Shown: positions 1-14,494, numbered from the whole stretch's first letter. The stretch: DNA of 63,450 nt, filler included, from Bipalium vagum (GCA_037834085.1; 3 parts of 3 records of this genome joined end to end with filler, not necessarily neighbours in it), one strand, 5' to 3'. The notes: a model not told the origin generated them from the letters alone. Numbers and translations: made by a program.

Positions 1-839
1 ATTATTATTATTATTATTATTTTTATTAAAAAGATTATTATTCAAGTGATAATTTTCTGTGATAATAGAAATCAACAATATTCTCATGGATGCGTTCATT
101 TCTTAATACTCTTACGAGCAAAGCTAACCGATTGCGGCAGAAGTTACTTTACCTTTATTTCAGTCTTCAATTCATTATATTATTTTTTACCGAAAGTAGT
201 CTGAGATTTGTCATAATGGATGAAATGCAAACAAAGCTATCATCGCTTTACAAAACGAGCTACAAGAACGGGACATATTTGTAAAGATGTACATTATATT
301 GAATATTGTAAAAGAATATTATTTCATTATCATGGCAAATAATATTGATTAGAACGATTTTCTTTGAAAGATATTTTAATATTGATTGTATTGCATTTTA
401 TCAATCTCATTAGTATCGACGAATAAATTATACTTCTCTTTCATCTCATCCTGTTTAAGCTCTTTTGAGAAGAGCAGAACGCCATGGTTCGGTATTGTAT
501 GATGTTAAGCAGTTTTTTAACCAAAAATTAATAAAATAGAAGAAAAATATCAAGAAAATAAAGAATTTAATATTCTTAATTTAATTATCTCTTTAATTCC
601 CCATTCTTCTAGTAAAAGAAAAATCTGTCATCTGCGTCCTTAATGTTTCCAAACGTTACTAAAGCTTTAATGAAAGAGAAGTCGAAAGATTGTTATTTTA
701 CACCCTACGTCCATTTTGTTTTAAACGGCCATTATTATTTACTAAATAAAAAATGAAAATACTTTATTCAAGAAATTATCTGATTATTAGGCATGATTAA
801 TTTTTAAGGTTTTAAGATAAATAGTTCATCATAAATGAT

Positions 840-1305
840 GACATCATATTAGATAGGAAGAATGGGGGTTTTATCCATCTACCATATCTTATCTACCATG
901 AGAAACATCCAGAATTAGCTAATCAAAAAGGACTGATATTTCATCACGATAATGCCAGACCTCCCGAAGTAAAGAGTATGCTGCAAAAAAATTCAGAGTT
1001 TGGATGGGAAGTGTTAAGTCACCCGGCTTATTCCTTTGATATCGCTCCTTTAGATTACCATCTCTTCCTATTCTTGAAAAATAGTTTAGATGGAAAAGAA
1101 AGAAGATATAAAAATTAATCTGGACAAGTATTTCAGCCAACAGTCAACACAATTCTTTTCTGACGGTATCATGAAACTGTCCGAAAGTTGGAGACAGATA
1201 ATCGATCATAATGGTGTGTATTTTGTTTAATAAATTTATTTGTTACTTACAAGACTTGTTTAAAACATATACCAAAAAAACGAACGAACTTTCTGTTCAA
1301 CCTAA
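840..1305 (+). mobile_element. Mariner transposon remnant (3' part)
   Basis: Translates GLIFHHDNARP, FGWEVLSHPAYSFDIAPLDYHLF and DGIMKLSESWRQIIDHNGVYF. Right TIR cgaactttctgttcaacctaat. Confidence 0.85.
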
Positions 1306-3529
1306 TTATTTATCAAACTCATTTAGAACATTTATGACCAAATTCTGTCAAATCTTCACCTAGATTTATCATACACATTGAAAATATTTATTATTGTGAT
1401 AATAACTAAAATTATGATGGTAAAAAGATTTTAAAGAATAACGTACTTCAATCATCGCGCTATTTTGAGTATTAAAACAAATACATATTTCTTATGCTTT
1501 AGACTTTCGATATTTTTTCTTATTTAGGTCGATACAAAATAACGAAAAGACTTTCTACGGAACCCAATGTATAATTATATATGATGAGCATAATGCCCAT
1601 AATTTCTCGTGATAACTACAAATAAATATAATCTATTTTATTATTTATATTTATTTTTTTATTAATATTTATTAACCAACTGAAAAATCCTGAAATAAAA
1701 AAATCCATATGCACATTGAAGATACTCATAAAAAAATTATGATTTTATGACCATCTCAAATCAATATAACAGAGTTATTTCGGTAAATATAATTAAAATG
1801 ATTCGATTTCCATATTTTATTATTAGAATTTTCTGTAATTGATTAAAGCCAAGATCAAAAATAGAGCAAGAGTCTTCGTGATCAGTGATGATCGGGAAAT
1901 TAATTTAAAATTTTTCGTACAATCTTATCTAAATATATTTAACAATTTAAAACATCTTTCCCAACACTAAGGATTCCCCTGATAACGAAATGTCCAACAA
2001 GCACCATACGTGATATGGTTTCCTTCATATGATGTGGGATTTTGTATGCTGTAATTTTGTTTATTTTTCCTCTTCAGATCAGTGAAAAATAAATTCACTA
2101 TGACATCCCTAACGGAATTCGTTAATCCTGGCTTTTCTGAATGCCTTTCCCAGTTAAAGCTGAAATGATAGGAGAAAGATTGAAAGATAGATCCGAAATA
2201 TTTAATTGCCAACTCTGAGCTCTTAGACCTTCAAGTCGAAAGCAAGCCTAATATTATAAGGTCCAAGATTCTCTCATGGTTTTAGGTCCAAGATACTTTG
2301 AGAATCAATCAAGAGTCAATTTTGAATAATTTTTCGTTAATTCAGTAGTAAATTTATATACTGAACTTTTATATATGGATTGTGTGAAAGTTCTGAACTT
2401 GGTCCCTTATAAAGTGGTTCAAGGACAACATTTTCTGCAGCATTTCAATATCTTATCTTTCATGTAACAATATTGATTTCAGGAGGCCTCTCACACCCGT
2501 ATTCATTGAAAACAAATGTGATATCATTCTGATTCAAAACTCATTTTAAAAATTTTGCGTATTTACATATGAAAAATGACTGAAAACTCCACCCGTTACA
2601 CGATCCAATGAAACTATCAAAGGCAACTTTTGAAACATTTGGAAAAGGTTAAAGTCGTTTTTATATGTCGTTCCTTGATAATGGATAAGATGTGGATCAA
2701 TCATTGAAATCTTAATAGAAATAGAAATGTTTAAAGTTCACCTTTAAAGTGAGACCTTTAATTCCAAATCATCTGAAATAAGAAATGCTGAAAATATATT
2801 ATTATTATTCTATTGATATTTGTCTTTGAACTATCCAAAACCGACATTTGTGAATATTGCTCAACATTTTTGAGGAGATTTGGTAGGAAACCTTTTGAAG
2901 AAAGACAATGATGAAATTCAATGAGCTCATGATCGAATAGCTTAAAAAACCATCATGTTCGCTAAATTTTGTATCTCATTGACTTTTGTCTTTTTTAAAG
3001 AAAATCTCTTTTTAAGAAGTTTTTTCATAAAATAAAGACCCATTGTCAACTAGACATGGACAAGTACTGGGCTAAGTGCTGCTAGGGTCACTGTTAAGTT
3101 TGCTTAAGAGATTTTCTGACCAGCAAAAGTAATTTCAACGAAAAATTCAAACTGTTTCATTTCAACTCTCAAAAGTTTTCATGATACCTGTAAAAATTAC
3201 ATTAAAAAAAATTTTTTTTAAGTTGTTTTCACTTTGACTTCTAAGGAATCACTTTGAAACTTTTCACCCCCTCCTATGTCAAAGACCTTATACCCTCACA
3301 AAATTAATTTTAAATAAATAATTAAAACATATTGTATGGAAATTTTTCATTTGAGTACCGATTTAGCTCGATATCAGAAGTACATAATTTGTAGGCTGAA
3401 TTCTGAACTGTGAAAAAAATATTTTTATCATTTTTTTTATTTAAAGAAAATAAATTTTCAATATTAATGTAATTATTTGTGAAAAAATCGATTTCAAGGA
3501 ATCTGAATTGTTTAAAATATTGATAAAAT

Positions 3530-3917
3530 ATTATTAGTCAGAGGAGCAAATGCCACGGGAAATACTGACGAAAAAGCTTGTTCAAGTTATGTCGCAAAGC
3601 ATTTATGAATTGATTTTAAATAAGGAATGCAGATAAAACATTAAGTAATGTTGTTTCTATTTTTAATCCTTTTTTGTTGTTAAAAATTTTATGTTTCTGA
3701 ATCCATTGTGTAGTGGACCTATTCGTATTTCGCACTGTTTTTTTCTATATTTTAATAATATCTTAGTGCGAAATTGGAAAATTATGTTTTCTTTTTAATA
3801 TTTTATATAGATATCAAATTTTTGTATACGTACAATGAACTTTTCATATCGACCACTTTCCTCTCGATTATTATTCCACCAAATAATTGTGCACCTAATC
3901 GTATTTCGCACACTGTA
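3530..3917 (+). mobile_element. Tc1-like transposon right end (IR/DR type)
   Basis: Degenerate C-terminus KLVQVMSQSIYELI. A direct repeat gtggacctattcgtatttcgcactg (~3713) matches terminal gtgcacctaatcgtatttcgcacactg-TA. Confidence 0.6.
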
Positions 3918-6759
3918 TTACATTGTTTATCTTTATTACATTGCTGAGGCACTCCATCAGATGTTTTGATTAACATTTATATCTTTAATAAATGATAACA
4001 ATAACCCTATCTTGATAGGGAATTATAAATAATGATTTTTTGCATTATAATTGCATTACTTTTTATTAAAAAAATTTTCAGGTAAAGTTTTCTATGAATT
4101 TGTTTTAATTTTTGTTTAGGCACAACATTCAAATGACAATTATGAAATTATTTTTGCAAACAAAAGGTGTCCGTCGTTGAAGACTGGCGTTGTTTCATAA
4201 CTTTAAGAAACTTGTCTATTGATTGTAAGGATAGGAAATCGGTGGTTTTCGAAGTTCAATTCTGGTAAAAGCATGTTCCAATGTTCTCATGGTTTTGGAA
4301 GACTATGTTCTGCTGAACTCTATGGAATATAATCTGCTTCAATCAATTGGTAAATTGGTACCAGAGCTTCGTTCTCCATAATCAATCTTTCTTTTGGTTG
4401 ATTATGATACTTTAGAAACTTAATAGAATTGTTGAACATATCAGTTTTCAACGAGTTAAGGAATCCTTTTTAAGAAAAAGTCCGACTTGAAAGAAAATAT
4501 TTCATAAAATACAATCGTTTTTTAGTTACAATTAGGCTCATTTATCTTAATCAGGTGTTACCTTTAACCATCTTTAATGGAATTCTACTTTTTAAATGAA
4601 GTCTTATTAATGAAAATTAATAACGATTTATTTAAGCTTTTTGAGCCACGGAGTGCATCGAAACAAACCTTTTTATTTTTCACAATATCAAAGAGAAAAG
4701 ATAAAATATAAAATAACTCAAATGCGTCAAATAAATAAATAATATTTTAAATTATATAATACATTATTTATATATTACGGTGCCTAATTGGTCAGCTATT
4801 CATTCTAGGGGAATTGTTGATATAAATGAGACCTCATTTGTAATTTTGATATTCAAAAAATATAAATAAATAAATCGTTGGTTGAGATATAAATATTTTT
4901 TTTAATATTTACTGGCTGCAATAATATCAGAAAACAGGATTCAGGGCCTCTGAAGGAAAGCCGAAGACCACCAGACACAATGTCCATGTTATATGGCAAT
5001 ATAATATGATGAACAGTACCATGGTGGTAGTACGCAACATGAAAAAGTTTGAATGAAATGAAGCAAAAAAATGATTGAAAAGGATAGGAGAAAATAATGT
5101 CTATTGTTACTCTGAAACACTTTTTAAAAATATATTTAACAAAACTGTCTATAAAAGTATTCGTATGGCTGTGGGTTTTTCAGATCGATTTACTGTTGTC
5201 GTTCCTAATTGTCAGGGGGTAATATAAATTGTTAATATTAAGAGAAACAAAATTGTTAACTGTTGATAAATGGAACGTCTCTAACCCTGTATCCTTCGGA
5301 TAAAAAATATCTCCCAAAAGGTTATTGAGAAGTACTTGACTTTGAAATAAAAACTTTTAGATAAAATAACAACAACAACAATATTTCAATTAAAACGGCA
5401 CAATTTGGATGAAGAGGAGATGCTTTAACCATTTACCCGTAACCAAAGGTACCTAAGATATTCAAGTTGAAGGACTACAGCTGTTTCCTGTGATCAATTT
5501 GTTTTCATCAACAACTCTGTTACATGGGAAGGTTTAAGGAAGTCGGTGAAGCATTCTTTAGACGATGTCGTAAAGAGAGGTGGAAATATATAAAGCAAAT
5601 AAAAACGTTATCCATAAAAGTGAAAAATAAATACGTTTTGATACCGAAACAAAAATAATAATACTACAAAAAGGTTAAAGTTAAGAAAAGTTTCTAAAAC
5701 AATGGGAAAAGGTTTAACTTGGAATTATGCCATCTCCACGCTCAGTGGACTTCAACTTGATCAAAGAGCCTTGACATAAAAATAATAAATTTTGTCTCTA
5801 ATTGAGAAATAAGAAAATTAAGAAAAAATAGTAAATATTTCTTTTATTTCATTTTTAAGACAAAAATTAACAATTCATTTAAAAGATATTTTTTTATTAA
5901 TATTTTTTGAATAAAAATATTATTAAATTATTATTAAAAAATATTATTTTTTATTTTTTATTTCAAAATATACAAACAGTTTAATAAGATAATGACAATT
6001 ACAAAAGACTAAAAGCTCTTAAAATTACAAATTTTAATTACTTTTCATTTATTAAATTAAAAATGTTCCAGAAGATATTCCTCGTGATTGCATTCTTTGA
6101 TATTCTGGTTTTTGAGACATCATTATTTTGATTGACTTAGACGACAAGACTTTTTGAAATCAATTATTTGATTAAGGCTTGATTCTCGTTTCTTATAAAC
6201 ATTGGAGAAAGACAAGTCACTTATCGCTGGATCCATTTATGGGGATAAATTCGAAGACATTCGGAACTGTTGGGTTCTTGGATTTTTTGGGGTAAAATAT
6301 TCAGTTCGTAAATAAAAAGAATCATTTTTACTTTACAAATATAGATAATATAAAATGGTCTGATGGATTGTCTTCCGCTTCATGGTTAGTCTCAGATATT
6401 AGAATCTTAATTTTTTAATCGATTTATCTATTTTCTAACGTTGCTTACATCAATTGTCTCATTTTTTGTATAGATGACATAGTTGATGAATTTTCACAGC
6501 GTTCTTATCATCAGATTTAATCAAAAACTTTGTCACGCACTGTTGTTTAATTTTTGTGCTTATTTTATTGGTCATAATTTTTAGAATAATACATTTAAAC
6601 AAAAATAACAATATTTTTCTAAAATCATAATTCTTGATATTTTATAATTAAATAATCTTTTATTTATAAACACCAATACTTTTAGCGCTTTCTCAAGTAG
6701 ACAAATTATTTCTAACGACCTGATATAAATATATATTCTTTTATTTTATTAATACGATA

Positions 6760-7268
6760 TCGAGAAATAAATGAAAAAATGCTTCATCTGTTCTAAAAGA
6801 ATTTTCAAGAAAGTCTGAATCATTGTAGATTTCATTGATTATTGTTTGACAGATTTCTATTCTTTCCGTGTTTAATCTTCTTCAGGTAACAGCAAAAGAT
6901 TTGAATTATGTATGGATATAGTTGAAGGTTAGATCTCAATACATGTAAATGTCACATGACGTTCTTCATAAATCTGAAAAATTTTGTGAAATTTTTTAGT
7001 ATCAATTGCTAATCTTCCAAGCTTTGAAATGTTGCATATACTGTGGTCTTATTGATGATGCTGAATTCATCTGAGCCATCAGCAATGTGATTTTAAGTCG
7101 TTCTTCAATTGACAACATTATTCAAAATTAAATTTGGTGTATCTAATTGTGATTATATTAACTTATTAAAACGGCTGAACGCTTACATAAAATTTCACAA
7201 ATCTTACTCTTATGTAGAATAAAATTGGTTGCTTGAAAGTCTGATACTTTCTTATTACACACCGTCTA
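6760..7268 (-). mobile_element. Tc1/Tc3-like transposase remnant (5' part)
   Basis: MLSIEERLKITLLMAQMNSAS...RIEICQTIINEIYNDSDFLENSFRTDEAFFH, resembling the 'IIFSDEAxFH' first catalytic Asp. Contains stops. Confidence 0.55.
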
Positions 7269-7750
7269 GTTAAGAATTAAGTTACGGGAAATCGTAGTAT
7301 GAAGTGAAATTACATTAGAGAATTAAAACAATTTTAATTTTATAAATAATCCAAAATGGGCCCTTTTTTTAAAATATCGATGATTGGAAACTTTAAATGA
7401 TCTTCCACGTTTTCTTTCTTCCATATTTAATATTTTATGATTAAATTTATTTATTTATTTATTCTCGGAATATTTACATAATATAGCAATTTTTATGAAT
7501 TTAATGGTTTTCATAATTAAAGTTATTTGTTCGGTTGAGCATGAAATAGTATAAATGGTTACATTAAAAAGATAAAAAATCTTTAACAAAAATTTTAAAC
7601 GTTACAAAGTAAATAAATTTTCGAAATATTTTGGAACTAATTTTTTTATCATGAAGAAAATCATTAACGTTTAATTATAATAATTCTATTTAATTAATAA
7701 CAAATAATTGAAATGACTTGACAAAGGAACGTTACTGTTCTCATACTTAC

Positions 7751-8733
7751 AAGAGCACTGTTGATAGTATTGGAATCTCTTTCAGGATAAGGAGTATTTG
7801 CAGCCAATGCTACACAGTTAGCAAAAATTGTTAGCAAAATAAGATATTCAAATGGTCTGAAAGTTATTATCATGTCTTATTAAAGAACCAAGCAGAAGAA
7901 CTTTACTTCCATTCCACAAAACCGATACAAAACTTTCTAATGGGATTTCGTAATGTTAGACAAAACAAAGCTCGCTGAGGTCTGGGATTTCCAGATTGAG
8001 AACGGGCAGGAGTTCTCTTACGCCCTGCACCTGGCATCTGACCTGGAAAAGGTAAGTTTAATGTTTTACCCTGTTGCTGTGCAGCTGCAGCAGCTACACC
8101 TAAAAGTCCCACTAAACCGCCACCGCCGCCACCACCACTATTAACAACCCCCGCACCAGAAAGAGCACCAGGTGGAATTTTTGAGCCTGTGTGATTCTCA
8201 AGTTGAGATTCATCGAAATTTACTTTTTCACTGTTATTAGAAACATTGTTGTTAATATCAAAATTATCATCATTGAAACTGTTTTGTTCACAAGATATTT
8301 GCAGTTGAGGTATATTGTCCCGTTTGATTTTTGCTGAATGATGATCTTGCACGAGTGGTGATTTGCTTTGAATTCTGTCTCTATAGTTGCCATCACCATC
8401 TGAAAAATCATGCACCTCTTCCTCGTTATTAAAATAATTTCCATCATCATCCTCCACCTCGTCTTCCTCTCCTTCATCATCAAACTGACCTGGGGGCGAG
8501 TAATTCAGTTGATAATTGGTTCTTGTGTTGTAGCAAGCTTTCGTTTCCGCATAGTCGTTTTCGGCACAAGAATATTCATTACTTCGACCTTGAACTTCAT
8601 AGTAAGGTCTGTCAGAAGGGTATAACTGACGATATTGATGAACGGGTGCTGAGTATTGAGCAGGGTAGCATTGATCTATTCCGGAACGACCACCACCAGT
8701 CATTGTACTTGAATAAATCCTATCATTGATCAT
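7751..8733 (-). CDS. Cav1: Voltage-gated L-type calcium channel alpha-1 subunit (Cav1), first two coding exons; gene continues toward lower coordinates
   Basis: Exon 8733-7907 ends ...[27 protein letters not shown] 50-nt GT-AG intron (7906-7857) is followed by a 106-nt exon 7856-7751 reading [35 protein letters not shown] and a GTAAGT donor. This is the diagnostic Cav1 pre-IS1/IS1 segment. An AG just before 8736 suggests an upstream exon. No further exon was recognised in 1-7750. Confidence 0.95.
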
Positions 8734-9059
8734 CACCTTTGCAATATATCCATTGAATTCAGTTAAAAATTTCCACTGTTTTCAGTATAATAAAATTGTG
8801 CTTAAATAATCGATATTAATTTGCTTCAATAATAATAAATACAAGTACTAAGCAATTTGAGAGGTGGCATTTGTATAACTATTGTTAATCTATTCTTTTT
8901 TGTATCTAACTAAGGAAAAAGAAAATTTTTTCTCTCTCCGTTGTGTTTTAACTTGTTCTTTTAAACAGGTTCCAAATTTTCCTATCTTGGGTCTTCTGAT
9001 CGGATTGGCGGATTTATTTGCTCAATATATTCATACTAATCCTGCTTAGTGTCTGGCTC

Positions 9060-9091
<32 letters not shown>

Positions 9092-9169
9092 TTATTTTAT
9101 TTTATTTTTATTTCATTATTTATAAATTTAGCATTTTACGACTCCGTGTATTGTTGTATTTTCAATGGT

Positions 9170-9177
9170 TGACGTCA
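9170..9177. promoter_or_regulatory. Perfect CRE palindrome TGACGTCA upstream of Cav1
   Basis: Exact motif ~440 nt upstream of the first coding ATG. A CCAAT box reads on the minus strand at ~9004-9008. Confidence 0.35.
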
Positions 9178-11416
9178 CACCNNNNNNNNNNNNNNNNNNN
9201 NNNNNNNNNNNNNNNNNNNNNNNNNNNNNNNNNNNNNNNNNNNNNNNNNNNNNNNNNNNNNNNNNNNNNNNNNNNNNNNNNNNNNNNNNNNNNNNNNNNN
9301 NNNNNNNNNNNNNNNNNNNNNNNNNNNNNNNNNNNNNNNNNNNNNNNNNNNNNTTTTTTTCCAATGTATCTATCATTTGCTTTTATTTATTCTTTAATTA
9401 ATCTTTATTTGTCTGGCCTCTCGTTCAAAATAAAAAATCTCAAGGATTATGCTTCTTTTTTACTATTTTAAAAAATTAATTACTGTCATTTTAAACAAAA
9501 TAATTTATTTTACTTTTAATATTATTACCTTTTCTTTTAGTACCGTTATTATATGATCATAATTTATATCGATGCTATTTTATTCCATATTTTTAATATA
9601 TAATTGTTTTCTTCATTTTAAAGTACTGGTACTTAAGAAGCGTAATTAATTTAATTAAATTATTATTTAAAAAGATTAATTATTATTTCGAAAAACGAGA
9701 TAAAATAATCACAAAAACAACCAATTAATGTATGAAACAGAGCTCTCAAATTTGATTACAAAGTGCAACAATCTCGTTAATTTTTTAATTAATGTGTTGT
9801 CAATAAATTAATAAATCAAATTAATTTTTAATTAGTTAAATAATTTAATTATAATTGTTTAATATTTAAAATATTGGTTTTAATAATTAATAATTATTAA
9901 TTAATAACTGATTCTATAAAATAAAATGGTAAAAAAAAATTTAAAATATTTCTTTAAAATGGTTTTCACTTTTCAAAATATTTTTCATTCATTTAAACAA
10001 AATAATTTACAATTATTACTTTATAAAGTGAAAATAAGCTGTAAATAAATATTACCATAGTTTTATGGAAATTAGTTACAATATATCTTTAAGCTTCAAT
10101 AATAAAATTTCGAAATTAAATAAAATTAAATCCACAGTTAAACAAAATAAATTTTCTAATAGAAATAGTTTGTATTTGTTTAGCCCTCTCTCACCATGAG
10201 CTGACTTTGTATTAGAGAATTTAATTATTTTTTGTGAGAAATTTTAACTTAATTATTTTATTTGTGCGGGATTTGACGTTTGACATATTCCAGAATAATA
10301 AATTTATAACTAAAATATAATGACATAAAATATATTTTTATTTTAAAGGATTTAATATCGTTTTGAATTCCATTATTCATAGCACACTTTAGTAAAACAA
10401 CAAATCAATTCTAAATAATTATTATTATAGAGAAATTTTTTAAAAAAACTATTTAACGCCACTCAAATTAGATTAAGTATTCGGAAAATAATAATTAAGA
10501 AAATTTACAGAGACATTTAATTTTTGAGAATTATAAGAAAAATAATCGTATGATATTATCTTAAAATAAGTTAAACTTATTTTAGAATAAAAAATATTAT
10601 TAATGATAATAATTTTTTAAAGATAAAATAAACAAATAAAAATTATGAAAAAAATAAAATAATAAAAGAATATCTGAAAAATAGATTTCAATATTAAAAG
10701 AAATGTTAAATAATATTTTTTTTTAATGTTATAAAAGTAATAATAAATCATTTCTATTTAATTATAATAATTTAGTAAGAATAAATCATTTCAAAAATAN
10801 NNNNNNNNNNNNNNNNNNNNNNNNNNNNNNNNNNNNNNNNNNNNNNNNNNNNNNNNNNNNNNNNNNNNNNNNNNNNNNNNNNNNNNNNNNNNNNNNNNNN
10901 NNNNNNNNNNNNNNNNNNNNNNNNNNNNNNNNNNNNNNNNNNNNNNNNNNNNNNNNNNNNNNNNNNNNNNNNNNNNNNNNNNNNNNNNNNNNNNNNNNNN
11001 NNNNNNNNNNNNNNNNNNNNNNNNNNNNNNNNNNNNNNNNNNNNNNNNNNNNNNNNNNNNNNNNNNNNNNNNNNNNNNNTTCAATAATAAATAAAACTTT
11101 AAAATACTAAAAATAAATAATATTTTTATTCTTTTATATTGTTATAAATTAAATAATAAATCATTTTAATTTAATCAGTTTAATTTTAAAAATATATTTA
11201 AAAGATTTAATAATATTTAGCAAAAAAATAAATAAATTTTTTAGTGAATAAAAAATTAAATTAAATTAAATTTATGAGTAACAGTTAAAATATAAATAAT
11301 AAGGAATATTCACAATGTGCGCGTGTAGAAGACATTGACAATTGTAATTCCTCTAAATTACCCCAAATATCATAACAAGTGAGGAAAATGCTAATTCCAG
11401 TTTTCCACTCTTCATC

Positions 11417-11424
11417 TGACGTCA
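11417..11424. promoter_or_regulatory. Second perfect CRE palindrome upstream of Cav1
   Basis: Exact TGACGTCA inside a small higher-complexity island (11300-11470) within very AT-rich DNA. Confidence 0.3.
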
Positions 11425-12120
11425 AGTAGTGAAATACGATAACGGGACGATAACTCGAGACATATTTCACTGTAATTATAATTATCATAATGATAATGAA
11501 AAAAAAAATAATTATAATCAGTAACATTAAAAGACAAAAAGATAAATGATGACTCTATTGAGAAAACTTACCATTTTATGACTTTATTACTTGAATTCAC
11601 CCAATAAAATCTCTTTATTTTATTTACATTCTTTTTTATCAATACTTCAAAGAATTATAAAAATTCATATGAACTGTTACCTTTTCCGGACAATATTTAT
11701 GTCACCATCTTTTGTTTTTTTGCGTTTTTCATTCGTTTTAGGCATCGGACGAATTTTTAAAAAATATTCATGTTTTTTAAGGGTCCGTAAGATATGTCAA
11801 ACATTCAGTTACTCTGAAAATGTTTTTTTTCTATAATCAAAATACCTGATATATTGAAATCATAAATGGTAATAATAATAATAATTTTTTTTTAATTTTA
11901 ATAAATTAATTAATTAATTTTTAGTAATAGCACTGCAGAATAATATCAAGTTTTTCAACATAAAATGATGCATTTTAGTTTTATTATTTCAAAAATTTGT
12001 TTATTAATCAATTTTTATAATAATAATTGTTTTAATATATCAAACTGAAGCGCCAATTTCTCTTTTTTATAAATTTTTAAAAGTAAGAAATTCAATTTAA
12101 AATTACACGTTTTTTTCTAT

Positions 12121-13144
12121 TAGGTCATGGTTGAATATGCATCAGAAGCAGTTATAAATAATAATTTCTAACGGTATGATGGTTCTCTAAGCGAAAGATC
12201 AACTCAAAGATATTTTTAGAAAGTTAAAAGTGATATTGAGAATGATGATCATGGAAGACTGGATACCATGGTGAGTAACAGCCATTTAAAAGCAATAGCT
12301 GAAAGCATTTTGAGAAAAGTGGTTATAGAACTATCTGAAGAATTGAGTTTTACCAAGTCATCAATTTCCTGGTAACTTCAAGATCTTCGTAAAATAAAAA
12401 TCTCTCGATAAATGAATACCACATCAATTAAATGATAAGTAAAAAATGAAGAAATTTGAAAGTTCTTTATTCGAAACCTAAATGATCTATTTTGTCTTGA
12501 ATTGTAACTTGTGATAAGTATGTTTTATATGACAATAAGTGACTATCAGCATAAAGGTTGGAGGTGAATGAAAAACTGAAAAATGTGCCTAAGCTAATCC
12601 TTAATCCAATGAAGACTGACCATTGTTTGGTAGTTTGCAGCTGGATTAAGTCATTATAATTTTTTAACATCAGGTGAATCTATCACAACTCAGTCATACT
12701 GCAACAAAATTAAAGTAGTGCACCAGACGTTTCTTGAAAATGAACTATCACTCATCAATATAAGCGGACCTACTTTTCTCCACAATGATGCAAGGTAGCA
12801 TGTTTCGAGATTAATAACACAAGTTACATTATATAAACTACAAAGTTTTTTTCCTCATCCAGCTTAATCACAGTACCTATAGCAATCAGAACATCACATG
12901 TTTAAACATCTGAATATATTTCTGACCAATAAGATGATTCGTAATCAAGGTGACATTCAGAATTTCATTCTTTAGTATTTGAGTCCAGAAATTCTGATCT
13001 CTATGAAAAGGGATTTTATGATATATTGTCTCGATGGCAAAGGTGTATTGAAAAAAATGAAAACATTTTGATAAATAAAATGTTTCTTAGTTCTTTTGAT
13101 TTAGTTACATTTTAAAAGCCGCCATGTCATATGGGACAACTTGA
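12121..13144 (+). mobile_element. Decayed near-full-length mariner
   Basis: IVTCDKYVLYDN, TFLHNDAR*H, PHPA*SQ...HMFKHL and LSRWQRCIEKN, with many stops. Right TIR-like gccatgtcatatgggacaacttga. Confidence 0.8.
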
Positions 13145-13497
13145 GAGTTGACATAATTTATCAAGACTACTGTTTCCTCTTTGTAAGCACCTTGTTAAAT
13201 TTAAATATTCGCTTCAGGAGACGTATTATTTATCAAAATTTTTTGTCCAGAGTAGACCGTAATACTAAATATGGGAGTCTTTACTAAAAATCAATTAAAT
13301 TTCTGAGATAATTTTTATATTAAGGTCGTTGAAGAATTATAATATCAGCAAATCAGCAATATTTTGGATAAATTTATTTATTTTTCTGAAACTTATCGAT
13401 TTTTGGTCATAAAAAATTTAATCAAGATATAATAAACACAGAACATCATTTTTTGATCATCAATCTGTCAAGAGAGAAAAATTAATGATTTCGTTTC

Positions 13498-13620
13498 TAA
13501 TAATAATAATCATAATAATAATATTAATAATAGTAATCATAATAATAATAGTCATAATAATATTAATAATAATATTAATAATAGTAATCATAATAATAGT
13601 AATAATAATAATAATAAGAA
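13498..13620. repeat. Degenerate (AAT)n microsatellite
   Basis: Direct reading; explains the poly-Ile ORFs 13460-13700. Confidence 0.9.
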
Positions 13621-14454
13621 GAATAACAAGAGGAAGAAGAAGAAACAGGATTTCACGCAACAAAAATTTTTCTAAAAATAAATTATTTAAGAAAATGTGA
13701 AAATTTTTTTATTTATTGAAATAAAATTTGTTTTTACAATTTAAATTTTGGAAAATTTCAATTTATAAATGATTTTTTTTTGAAAAAAAACCGCTTTGAC
13801 GGACAAAATATAATAAGCAAATTATGAACCCGTAATCTATCAGAAGAATAATTCTACGAAATCTGAGCTATAAATATAAATGCTTTTGTCTCATAGTCAA
13901 CATAATTATATTAAATAAAAGCCTTCCTTGAAATACATCACTCATCAACGGAGAAAAATGTTATTTTTTTTCTTCAAGATTCGAATAATCCTAATTAGGC
14001 TAATATTAAAAATCTTAAGGAAAATGGATGTTACAGAATCCTGAGGAATTAGTTTCAAACGAATTGGTCAAGCTAAAGGAACAACGGGGAGCAAAATTTG
14101 ACTGTTTCGTGTTGATCAATGCTCTTGGTTGTTGAAAAATAAGGCCAAGTTCTATATAAATTGCTTAATAATTAAAATAATTCTTCCTTTGAGCTGTAAT
14201 AAAATAAAATTCTCTCAAGGTCAGAAAATATTATTAAACAAAAATAATAAAGTAAAAATATAATCACTTTTCTCATGACATCAAAGTGCTTAAAATTAAA
14301 AAATAGTTAAAAAATTATTTATTTAATAAAAATTACCACGTCTTTATCAAAAAAAGCTTACTCTTCTCATTATTATTGCTTGGTTTGCCCAAAGCCACCT
14401 CCCAAGATAATTTGAACTAAAATGGCCCCTGGATGGTCAATTATAATAATAATA

Positions 14455-14490
<36 letters not shown>

Positions 14491-14494
14491 ACAA

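Noticed and set aside
1960-3300. Possible next Cav1 exon or retroelement remnant
   Set aside because: No IS2/IS3 sequence (e.g. YLRNGWN) found and no assignable retroelement motif.
13460-13700. Poly-Ile/Leu 'membrane protein' ORFs (also 27822-28163, 49502-49714 and the X-filled ORFs)
   Set aside because: Translations of AAT microsatellites or N-gaps.
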